Source: Mobula hypostoma
Taxonomy: Eukaryota
Direction of reading: 5' to 3'
DNA length: 64,000 nucleotides
Assembly: GCF_963921235.1 (NCBI RefSeq)
Contig: NC_086120.1
Location: 9,052,001-9,116,000 of the forward strand
The notes beneath the pieces were generated by a model that did not search any database, was not told where the DNA came from, and saw only the letters and a program-made list of their open reading frames with translations. Positions 38,281 through 48,082 of this stretch are shown one piece after another. The first letter of the stretch is position 1. Each line of letters begins with the position of its first letter. Made by a program: the position numbers and the translations under genes.

Positions 38281-39890
38281 CATAGAACCACTGAAACATA
38301 GAAAAACCAACAGCACAATACAGGCCCTTTGGCCCACAAAGCTGTGCCGAACATGTCCTTACCTTAGAAATTAACTGGGGTTACCCATAGCCCTCTATTC
38401 TTCAGAGCTCCGTGTACCTGTCAAGGCGTCTCTTAAAAGACCGTATCATACCGGCTTCCACCACCATCACCGGCAGCTGATTCCATGCACTCACCACTCT
38501 CTGTGTAAAAAACTTACCTAGACATCTCCTCTGTACCTTCTTCCAAGCACCTTAAAACTGTGCCCTCTTATGCTAGCCATTTCAGCCCTAGGAAAAAGCA
38601 TCTGACTATCCACACAATCAATGCCTCTCATCATCTTATACACCTCTATCTCATCCTCCGTCGCTCGAATGAAAAAAGGCCGAGTTCACTCTACCTATTC
38701 TCATAACGCATGATCCCCAATTCAGGCAACATCCTTGTCAATCTCCTCTGCACCATTTCTACGGTGTCTATATCCATCCTATAGTGAGGCGACAAGAACT
38801 GTGCACAGTATTCCAAGTGGGATCTGTCCAGGGTCCTAAACAGCTGCAACATTACCACTCAGCTCCTGAACTCTTTCCCACAGTTGATGAAGGCCAATGC
38901 AACGTATGCTTTCTTAACCACAGAGTCAACCTACGCAGCAGCTTTGAATGTCCGATGGACTCGGACCCCAAGATCACTCTGATCCTCCACACTGCCAAGA
39001 GTCTTACCATTAATACTCTATTCTGCCATCATATTTGACCTACCAAAATGAACCACCTCACACTTATCTTGGTTGAAGTCCATCTGCCACTTCTCAGCCC
39101 AGTTTTGCATCGTATCAATGTCCCACTGTAACATCTGACAGCCCACCACACAATCCACAACACCTCCAATCTTTGTTGCATCAGCAAATTTACTAACCCA
39201 TCCCTCCACTTCCTCATCCAGATCATTTATAAAAATCAAAAGAGAAGAGGTTGCTGAACAGATCCCTGAGGCACACCACTGGTCACCAACCTCTATGCAG
39301 AATATGACCTGCCTACAACAACTCTTTGCCTTCTGTGTGCAAGCCAGTTCTGGATCCACAAAGCAATGTCCCCTTGGATCCCATGCATCCTTACTTTCTC
39401 AATAAGCCTTGCATGGGGTACTCTGTCAAATGCATTGCTTAAATCCATATACACTACATCTACTGCTCTACCTTCATCAAAATGTTTAGTCACATCCTCA
39501 AAAAGTTCAAGGCTCATAAGGCACGACCTGTCTTTCACAAAGCCATGCTGACTATCCCTAATCATTTTCTGCCTCTCCAAATGTTCATAAATCTTGCCTC
39601 TCAGGATCTTCTCCATCAACTTACTGGTCTATAATTCCCTGGGCGATCTCTTCTCCCTTTCTTGAATAATCGAACAACATTTGCAATCCTCCAATCCTCC
39701 AGAAAGTCTCCCGACCCAATTGATGATGCAAAGATCATCGCCAGAGACTCAGTAATCTCCTCCTTCGCCTCCCACAGTAGCCTGGGGTGCATCTCGTCCG
39801 GTCCCGGTGACTTATCCAACTTAATGCTTTCCAAAAGCTCCAGCACATCTCCTTTCTTAATATCCACATGTTCAGGCTTTTCAGTTTCAT
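38281..39890 (-). mobile_element. 5'-truncated CR1 LINE, decayed
   Basis: ORFs 39616..39867, 39293..39619 and 39018..39359 give KSPGPDEMHP, SQHGFVK, YMDLSNAFDRVPH and KFADATKIGG; tail TTTCTATGTTTC at about 38293. Confidence 0.88.
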
Positions 39891-40523
39891 CAGAAAGCTC
39901 TGTTTAGAAATCAGTTCCCTTTGGGTAGATATGAACACCATATTACGTCATTTCAAATGGCCAGACTCGTTAGTAGCTACAACTCAACCGACCTACGAAA
40001 TATAAAAAAAGATATCATTGTCTCTGATGGAAGTTAGATATTTAAACCCTGTTTCCCTCACCAGCGGACACCGTCAGAATTGTCTCTGCTGTATTTTCCT
40101 TTTGATCAATGTTTAAACGTGGAAAGTTTGAAAGTAAAATTTTCAGGCAGGTCAGCTATAAAGCTCTGGATGCCCTTTTTTTCATGGAGTCTGACATGCG
40201 CCACTTGCAAGCATAGCATTGTGCATTTCCAGCAGGTCCCTCGGAGCCGAGTATCGTAAACTATGGGTTCTGAGATTTTTATTCGATTCGAAAGAATGGA
40301 TGGAGCTCCAGGTCATTGTTTGGTCCTGATTCTCCCGCTTACTGTCGCCTGGAGACGGAGGACAGCAAATTCCGGGAGGCTGTGCTGCCTGTGGCCTATC
40401 TGTAGTACATGTCACAATCACGGACTCTACCGCAGGGACTGCGCGTCCTCAAAGGCGGGCTGCGGAACAAGTTCGGCAATCGTGCTCGTAAATATGCACG
40501 TTCCCGCTAATTAGAGTTCATTG

Positions 40524-40568
40524 TAACACTCACAAAACGCTGGAGGAATTCAACAGGCGGGCAGCATC
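40524..40568 (-). mobile_element. Penelope-like terminus, part separated from 43604-43780 by the CR1 insertion
   Basis: ACACTCACAAAACGCTGGAGGAATTCAACAGGCGGGCAGCATC continues directly into (CATC)CGTGGAAACGATCAGTCAACGTTTCGGG at 43604. Confidence 0.75.
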
Positions 40569-43500
40569 TAACTCTAGGCTTTAAACTAGATTTGCAGGGG
40601 GATGGGAACCAGAGTGCCAGAGCTGACAGTGTGGCTGGGGTGAAAATAAATGATGTTGAAAGTTTAAGCAAATCCGCTGATAGAAAGGGTGTGAGTGGTG
40701 GTAAAAATCTTCTGAGGTGTATATATTTCAATGCTAGGAGTATTGCGGTGAAGGCGGATGAGTTGAGGGCGTGGATTGACACGTGGAATTATGATGTTGT
40801 AGCAATTAGTGAAACTTGGCTACAGGAGGGGCAGGACTGGCAGCTTAATATTCCAGGGTTCCGATGTTTCAGATGTGATCGAGGCAGAGGAATGAAAGTT
40901 GGGGGAGTAGCATTGCTTGTTAGGGAAAATATTACAGCAATGCTCAGGCAGGACAGATTAGAGGGCTTGTCTACTGAGTCTTTATGGGTGGAGCTGAGAA
41001 ACAGGAAAGGTACGGCCACATCAGTGGGATTGTATTACAGACCACCCAATAGTCAACGAGACTTGGAAGAGCAAATCTGCAGAGAGATAGCAGGCAACTG
41101 CAGGAAACATAAAGTTGTGGTGGTAGTGGATTTTAATTTTCCATACATTGATTGGGACTCCCATACTGTTAGGGGTCTAGATGGTTTAGAGTTTGTAAAA
41201 TGTGTTCAGGAAAGTTTTCTAAATCAATATATAGAGGGACCAACTAGAGGGGATGCAATATTGGATCTCCTGTTAGGAAACGAATTAGGGCAAGTGACAG
41301 AAGTCTGTATAGGGTAGCACTTTGGTTCCAGTGATCATAACACCATTAGTTTCAATTTGATCATGGACAAGGATAGATCTGGTCCTAGGGTTGAGGTTCT
41401 GAACTGGAAGAAGGCCAAATTTGAAGAAATGAGAAAGGATCTAAAAAGCGTGGATTGGGACAGGTTGTTCTCTGGCAAAGATGTGATTGGTAGGTGGGAA
41501 GCCTTCAAAGGGGAAATTTTGAGAGTGTAAAGTTTTTATGTTCCTGTCAGGATTAAAGGCAAATTGAATAGGAATAAGGAACCTTGGTTCTCAAGGGATA
41601 TTGCAACTCTGATAAAGAAGAAGAGGGAGTTGTATGAAATGTATAGGAAACAGGGGGTAAATCAGGTGCTTGAGGAGTATAAGAAGTGCAAGAAAATACT
41701 TAAGAAAGAAATCAGGAGGGCTAAAAGAAGACATGAGGTTGCCTTGGCAGTCAAAGTGAAGGATAATCCAAAGAGCTTTTACAAGTATATTAAGAGCAAA
41801 AGGATTGTAAGGGATAAAATTGGTCCTCTTGAAGATCAGAGTGGTCGGCTCTGTGCGGAACCAAAGGAAATGGGGGAGATCTTAAATAGGTTTTTTGCAT
41901 CTGTATTTACTAAGGAAGCTGGCATGAAATCTATGGATTTGAGGGAATCAAGTAGTGAGACCATGGAAACTCTACAGATTGAAAAGGAGGAGGTGCTTGC
42001 TGTCTTGAGGAAAATTAAAGTGGATAAATCCCCGGGACCTGACAGAGTGTTCCCTCGGACCTTGAAGGAGACTAGTGTTGAAATTGCGGGGGCCCTGGCA
42101 GAAATATTTAAAATGTCGCTGTCTACGGGTGAAGTGCCGGAGTATTGGAGAGTGGTTCATGTTGTTCCGTTGTTTAAAAAAGGATCGAAAAGTAATCTGG
42201 GAAATTATAGGCCGGTGAGTTTAACGTCAGTAGTAGGTAAGTTTTTGGAGGGAGTACTAAGAGACAGAATCTACAAGCATTTGGGTAGACAGGGACTTAT
42301 TAGGGAGATTCAACATGGCTTTGTGCGTGGTAGGTCATGTTTGACCAATCTGTTGGAGTTTTTCGAGGAGGTTACCAGGAAAGTGGATGAAGGGAAGGCA
42401 GTGGATATTGTCTACATGGACTTCAGTAAGGCCTTTGACAAGGTCCCGCATGGGAGGTTAGTTAGGAAAATTCAGTCGCTAGGTATACATGGAGAGGTGG
42501 TAAATTGGATTAGACATTGGCTCGATGGAAGAAGTCAGAGAGTGGTGGTAGAGAATTGCTTCTCTGAGTGGAGGCCTGTGACTAGTGGTGTGCCACAGGG
42601 ATCAGTGCTGGGTCCATTGTTATTTGTCATCTATATCAATGATCTGGATGATAATGTGGTAAATTGGATCAGCAAGTTTGCTGATGATACAAAGATTGGA
42701 GGTGTAGTAGACAGTGAGGAAGGTTTTCAGAGCCTGCAGAGGGACTTGGACCAGCTGGAAAAATGGGCTGAAAAATGACAGATGGAGTTTAATACTGACA
42801 AGTGTGAGGTAATGCACGTTGGAAGGACAAACCAACGTAGAACATACAGGGTTAATGGTAAGGCACTGAGGAGTGCAGTGGAACAGAGGGATCTGGGAAT
42901 ACAGATACAAAATTCCCTAAAAGTGTCGTCACAGGTAGATAGGGTCGTAAAGAGAGCTTTTGGTACATTGGCCTTTATTAATCGAAGTATTGAGTATAAG
43001 AGCTGGAATGTTATGATGAGGTTGTATAAGGCATTGGTGAGGCCGAATCTGGAGTATTGTGTTCAGTTTTGGTCACCAAATTACAGGAAGGATATAAATA
43101 AGGTTGAAAAAGTGCAGAGAAGGTTTACAAGGATGTTGCCCGGACTTGAGAAACTCAGTTACAGAGAAAGGTTGAATAGGTTAGGACTTTATTCCCTGGA
43201 GCATAGAAGAATGAGGGGAGATTTGATATAGGTATATAAAATTATGATGGGTATAGATAGAGTGAATGCAAGCAGGCTTTTTCCACTGAGGCAAGGGGAG
43301 AAAAAAACCAGAGGACATGGGTTAAGGGTGAGGGGGGAAAAGTTTAAAGGGAACATTAGTGGGGGCTTCTTCACGCAGAGAGTGGTGGGAGTATGGAATG
43401 AGCTGCCAGACGAGGTGGTAAATGCGGGTTCTTTTTTAACATTTAAGAATAAATTGGACCGATACATGGATGGGAGGTGTATGGAGGGATATGGTCCATG

Positions 43501-43603
43501 TGCAGGTCAGTGGGATTAGGCAGAAAATGGTTCAGCACAGCCAAGAAGGGCCAAAGGGCCTGTTTCTGTGCTGTAGTTTCTATGGTTCTATGGTTCTATG
43601 GTT
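40569..43603 (+). mobile_element. CR1 LINE with near-complete ORF2 (APE plus RT), few disabling mutations
   Basis: APE 40592..41317 (YFNARSI, AISETWL, YYRPPNS, DFNFPYIDW); RT 41564..43231 ([10 protein letters not shown]). In-frame stops at 41315, 41528 and 42776 and a frameshift near 43226; (TTCTATGG)n tail; short TSD CATC at 40565-40568 and 43604-43607. Confidence 0.92.
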
Positions 43604-43617
43604 CATCCGTGGAAACG

Positions 43618-43659
43618 ATCAGTCAACGTTTCGGGCCGGAACCCTTCATCAGGACTGAT
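43618..43659 (-). ncRNA. Minimal type I hammerhead ribozyme (Penelope-type), core intact
   Basis: Minus strand: AUCAGUC-CUGAUGA-A-GGG-UUCCGG-CCC-GAAA-CGUU^GACUGAU. 7-bp stem I, CUGAUGA and GAAA core, 3-bp stem II, palindromic ACGU in place of stem III, GUU cleavage triplet. Confidence 0.8.
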
Positions 43660-43907
43660 GAGGGAAGGGGCAGAGGCCCTATAAAGAAGGTGGGGGGAGA
43701 ATGGGAAGGAGAAGGCTGGTTGGTTCCAAGTGAGCGTTGCTTTGATCGCAGCATCTTCAGATTATTTTGTGTTTAGAGTTTCATTGTGTTGGTAGTTTAC
43801 TTCGTTCCCCTTGCTCCAATTTTATAGAGCCTTGACAAATACCAGAGCAACGCCAATGGTCCCTACTTACCACAAAATAATCTGCAGATGCTGGGGTCAA
43901 AGCAACA

Positions 43908-44029
43908 CTCACAACACGCTGGAGGAACTCAGCAGGTCGGGCAGCATCCATGGAAAAGATCCGTCGACGTTTCCTGCCGGAACCGAAGGATGCTGCACAA
44001 CCTGCTGAGTTCCTCCAGCGTGTTGTGAG
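43908..44029. repeat. Inverted repeat, 42-bp arms (40/42 matches) around a 38-nt loop, made of Penelope-like terminal sequence
   Basis: Left arm 43908-43949 CTCACAACACGCTGGAGGAACTCAGCAGGTCGGGCAGCATCC; right arm 43988-44029 is its reverse complement with 2 mismatches. Confidence 0.9.
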
Positions 44030-44409
44030 GGTCCTTACTTACCGTTGTCCAGGTTCCGGGTACTCTCTCCCCAAATGGGCTATGGCGGCGCAGTCTGTCA
44101 TATAGGTTATTTTACATCAAAATCAACTTTATTTGTTATAAAAATTATTTGCAAAAATTAAATATAGTGTCATTTCATTCTTACATTCATGGCCAATGTT
44201 TTCAGTTCTGTCCTTTACATTCCTTAAAGCTAATAGAGTTGTTGCTACTCACAGGGCCCCCTCGGTGATACACTGCTACAGAATTCAGGGGCTAAATCTC
44301 TGCATTTAGAACCAATTCAAACCCTCAAACTGCCAAAGTGGGTTTGAACTCCATGACTGAATGACTGATGTGGGAACAGGAAGCCTGCACTGCTCTATCA
44401 CAAACAAGA

Positions 44410-44525
44410 TAAGATCTGCAGATGCTGGAACTCCAAGCAACACACACGAAATGCTGACGGAACTCAGCGGGCCAGGCAGCATCTATGGAAAACAGTACAG
44501 TCAACATTTCGGGCCGAGACCCTAC
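44410..44525 (-). mobile_element. Penelope-like terminus with half a hammerhead
   Basis: GCTGACGGAACTCAGCGGGCCAGGCAGCATCTATGG...CAGTCAACATTTCGGGCCGAGACCCT; truncated before the CUGANGA core. Confidence 0.65.
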
Positions 44526-44771
44526 AACAGCCTGCACTGTCCTGCTCTGTTGTCACTGGAGGTGTGAGGGGCATCTGTGGACCGAAGGAAGGAATCAGGG
44601 AAATGAAGGCAGAGTTTGGGAAATGTCAGACAATGAATGACCTTTTCATTCGCAAATTGTTTTTTACAGATCAGTCAGTTGCTAACAATGTCGCCGCCTC
44701 AACCCGATGGAATGTGACAGCATATGGGAGGGTTTCCGACCCCCGCTCTGGTTGGTCAGTGTCAGTCACCC

Positions 44772-44813
44772 TGATTTGCATTGATTTCCTCCCCGGTGTG
44801 AATGGCTCTATAA
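44772..44813 (+). promoter_or_regulatory. Ig light-chain promoter: octamer/decamer plus TATA
   Basis: TGATTTGCAT at 44772-44781 (ATTTGCAT, the light-chain orientation), TTCCTC Ets-like site just after it, TATAA at 44809-44813, about 80 nt before the leader ATG. Confidence 0.9.
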
Positions 44814-44893
44814 CTGGGCTCAATTGGCAGCGGCGGCCAGTCAGTCACAGATCCACCGACAGACAGGAGGCAGGAAGCTGACGGGCAGTAACG

Positions 44894-44939
44894 ATGCGGA
44901 CGCTGTGCTTTTTCTGGTCTCTGGCAGTGTGGCTGGGCT
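44894..44939 (+). CDS. IGL: Ig light chain exon 1: signal peptide MRTLCFFWSLAVWLG
   Basis: 46-nt hydrophobic leader, phase-1 donor GTAAGT at 44940, 86-nt intron to the acceptor TTTTTCACAG ending at 45025; standard split Ig leader. Confidence 0.92.
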
Positions 44940-45025
44940 GTAAGTACAGGCAGTGGTTGCTGAGGTGGGTCTTGGGGTCACATTAAAGAGTCAATAGTTA
45001 AAGTTGAATTCCTGATTTTTCACAG

Positions 45026-45385
45026 CTGGAGAGTCCCAGACTCTGACTCAGCCTCCGACCGTGTCGCTGAGTCCAGGAGCCACGGCCACGCTGAGTTGTG
45101 ACATCGGATCAAAGGCTAGCTATGTTGTTGGTTGGTACAAGCAGACACCGGGAACAGTTCCACAATGGATCCTGTACTACCATCAATCGCACAGCGCCCC
45201 GACCTACGGCCCTGGGTTTAGCAGCGACCGTTTCACGTCGACATCCAACAGCGCCGGCACCGTTTACCAGTTGATCATAAAAAACGTGGAGACGAATGAC
45301 GCTGCCGTCTATTACTGCGCAACGTGGTTTTCATCGGGCAGTAGCTACGGGGTGTTCGGCCCAGGGACCAAGCTCTTTGTTACAG
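45026..45385 (+). CDS. IGL: Ig light chain exon 2: pre-joined V-J, sigma-like
   Basis: (S)GES-QTLTQPPTVSLSPGATATLSC-DIGSKASYV-VGWYKQTPGTVPQWILYYHQSHSAPTYGPGFSSDRFTST...DAAVYYC-ATWFSSGSSYGV-FGPGTKLFVT, then donor G|GTAAGT at 45386. Both Cys, the Trp and FGxG are present; no heptamer/nonamer between V and J. Confidence 0.95.
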
Positions 45386-45968
45386 GTAAGTGCCCGATAA
45401 ATCTCTCCTGCGGTGACCACGGCATAAATACGGTCACCCTCAATTAAGAAGTTATAAGTTATAATTTTCTAGCGAATTTTACAATGAAAATGTTGATTTA
45501 CAATCTAATCCTGTTCGTGTCCAGCGTCAGTTTTACTCGATAGAGTTGGGCTCGGTGAACTGTTTCTGTATTTTAATGAAGCATTTCTCTTTTCGATTGT
45601 ATTTTCGGACAAACCATGATTCTTACAAACTTTCTGTTCAGTTGTGTTACTTCTGCTCTAGTTTTAGTTTGTCTGTTTTTGTGTTGGTTTAATTGGAACG
45701 AACGTGAAGGGATCTATCTTCCTTAAGTGGGGCCAAAGTTGTCAGTGGGGACAAGGCATTGCCGGCCGTAGACAGCCCACAGTTGGCAACGCAGTAGAAC
45801 GACAAGTTTCAAGTTATTAATTCGAATTTTCCAGCGAAACGTCCTACCCTCCCAGTGAGGGTGGAACTCTCCTCCAGCAGCCATCCCTTAAAAGACCCTC
45901 TCCCACTGCCCAGTCCTTGCCTTCTCTCTCCTTTCACCGATTCACGTGAGAGCTGCTCCTTCCTTGGA

Positions 45969-46388
45969 ACACACATAAAAGTTGCTGGTGAATGCAGCAG
46001 GCCGGGCAGCATCTGTAGGAAGAGGTACAGTCGCCTTTTCGGGCCGAGACCCTTCGTCAGGACTAACTGACCCTTCGTCAGGACTAACTGAAAGAAGAGC
46101 TAGTAAGAGATTTGAAAGTGGGAGGGGGAGGGAGAGATCCGAAATGATAGGAGAAGACAGGAGGGGGAGGGATGAAGCCAAGAGCTGGACAGTTGATGGG
46201 CAAAAGGGATATGAGAGGTTCCCATGGGACAGGAGGCCCAGAGAGAAGGAAAAGTGGGAGGGGGGGGAAGGCCCAGAGGATGGGCAAGGGTATAGTGAGG
46301 GACAGAGAGTGAAAAAGGAGAGAGAGAAAGAATGTGTGTATATAAATAAATAACAGATGGGGTACGAGGAGGAGGTGGGGCATTAGGA
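45969..46388 (-). mobile_element. Penelope-like 3' terminus in the J-C intron, with a mutated hammerhead (46029-46064) and a 21-bp tandem duplication (46050-46091)
   Basis: Minus strand AGUC-CUGACGA-AGGGUCUCGGCCC-GAAA-AGGC-GACU; purine-rich body on the + strand mirrors the pyrimidine tract of the 25.3-26.1 kb relic. Confidence 0.75.
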
Positions 46389-46732
46389 ACCTGTTGGTCC
46401 TGGCTTTTATGCTGAGGTACTGTTTCCCGGATGGTAGCAGCTGGAACAGTTTGTGGTTGGGTTGACTTGGGACCCTGGTGATCCTTCGACCCCTTTTTAT
46501 ACACCTGTCTTTATAAATGTCCCGCAGAGTGGGAAGTTCACATCTGCAGATGTGCTGGGCTGTCCGCACCACTCTCTGCAGAGTCCTGCAATTGAGGAAA
46601 GTACAGTTCCCTACCAGGCAGTGATGCGGCCAGTCGGGAAGCTCTCAAATGTGCCCCTGTAGAAAGTTCCAAGGATTTGGGGTGGGGGGGGGGCATACCA
46701 AACTTCTTCAACCGCATGAGGTGAAAGAGGCG
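46389..46732 (-). mobile_element. Rex1/Babar-type RT C-terminal fragment in the J-C intron
   Basis: ORF 46084..46572 begins VRTAQHICRCELP...HKLFQLLPSGKQYLSIKARTNR. Confidence 0.75.
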
Positions 46733-46734
46733 GT

Positions 46735-46860
46735 GTTGTTAGAATTCTTTGAGGAAATAACAAGCAGAATAGACAAAGGAGAATTGGTGAATGTTGTGTA
46801 CTTGAATTTTAAAATGGCCTTTGACAATGTGCTGCACATCAGGCTACTTAACGAGATAAG
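46735..46860 (+). mobile_element. Short CR1 RT fragment in the J-C intron
   Basis: LLEFFEEITSRIDKGELVNVVYLNFKMAFDNVLH. Confidence 0.75.
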
Positions 46861-47414
46861 TACTGCTCATCGATCCCGGTCACTACACCGACTGTGGCCG
46901 GTGCTCCGACTCTGCGGAGAATCCAGCCTCCCGCCCCCATGTGAGTGGGAGCCGAATCGTTCGACATTATCACAGATCACAGAGCGGTCTACATTGACCC
47001 GCTCCATGGAGCTCAGGACCGCGCATTTAGTGCCCTCGCCCACTGGGGCAGAGCAGATTGTAACATATATATTCTCATTAATGATGGGTGGGAGGGCCGG
47101 AGGGAAGAGGAGGAATGTGTCACTGATGGCATCGAGAGTGGGCACATTAAACTATTCTGGGGCGCTTTGATGCCAGTGTGTCTCTCAACTGCGGGAATGA
47201 CTCAGAGACTAACAGCCTCACCGGTTGCAGTAGATTTCTAGTTTTTCCGTGTTGACCTTCATGCACCGTCCTCCATCGGCACCGTCTTGACCCTTGGTGA
47301 GAGTCTGGGCTCAACTCAATGAAGTTGAAACATTTTAATCACGCTGTGTCAAACTGTGAAATGATGAGAGCTCTTCTACGACTTGAAACACGTTTTCTCT
47401 TGTTCCCGTTGCAG

Positions 47415-47737
47415 ATCGGCAGCTCCCAGACCCGTCAGTGGAACTACTTGGGCCGTCAGCCGAGGAGATCTCCGCTAAAGGATCGGGCACCTTAGTTTGC
47501 CTGGTCAGTAAATTGTCGATCGGCTTCCCTGTCGTCAGCTGGACAGTGAACGACAGTCCGACGAGCAGTGAGGTGCAAACCAGCGGGGTGACTCAGAACG
47601 CGGACAAAACCTTCAGTCTCAGCAGCTACCTGACGGTGCCCGGCGCAGACTGGAGCAGTGGGAAGAGGTACTCCTGCTCAGTTCAACAAGGAGCAGCCTC
47701 GACAATATCCGCAACAGTCACACAGTCCAGCTGTTAA
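47415..47737 (+). CDS. IGL: Ig light chain exon 3: constant domain (C1-set), sigma-like
   Basis: Acceptor TTTTCTCTTGTTCCCGTTGCAG ending at 47414, phase 1: (D)RQLPDPSVELLGPSAEEI...TLVCLV...VSW...TFSLSSYLTVP..DW..GKRYSCSV...QSSC*. The terminal Cys fits the H-L disulfide. The three exons total 729 nt = 242 aa plus stop. Confidence 0.95.
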
Positions 47738-48018
47738 ACAGAGCGCGGCTTCGGCCTTGTTTGTTCCCGATTAACGGGAGATCATAGCCTTGTATCTTTC
47801 ACCTCTACCTCTCTCACTCGCTCTTCACTGTACTTCCCTTCTGTTCCGCTCTCTGTAGTTTCCACTGTGGTGGTGGAATATTTGTACCCGAGGCTGATTT
47901 TGATCTTGTTCCGACTGAGAGGCTGCACGGTGTTAAAGCGGACAATTACTTGTCTTCTGGAAATTTCAGGCGGTATTTGGTTTTCTCTTGCATCAGTGTT
48001 GGATTAATTGGAATGATT

Positions 48019-48082
48019 AATAAATATTTTTGTGATTCGTTATCATGATCAGACTGACCGACGGTAATTAATTACCAATAAA
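48019..48082 (+). terminator. Polyadenylation signals of the IgL gene
   Basis: AATAAA at 48019-48024 and 48077-48082, about 280-340 nt after the stop, followed by GT-rich sequence (TGTGTGTGCGTTT). Confidence 0.7.

Noticed and set aside
45386-45447. C-terminal extension of ORF 45061..45447 (GKCPINLSC...)
   Set aside because: Read-through past the canonical J donor GTAAGT into the intron.
46649-47170. 173-aa ORF in the J-C intron as a nested gene
   Set aside because: Chimeric frame across a Rex fragment, a CR1 fragment and unique intron; no coherent domain.
47863-47869. CACTGTG heptamer downstream of the C exon as a leftover RSS
   Set aside because: No GGTTTTTGT-like nonamer at 12 or 23 nt spacing, and no coding segment follows.
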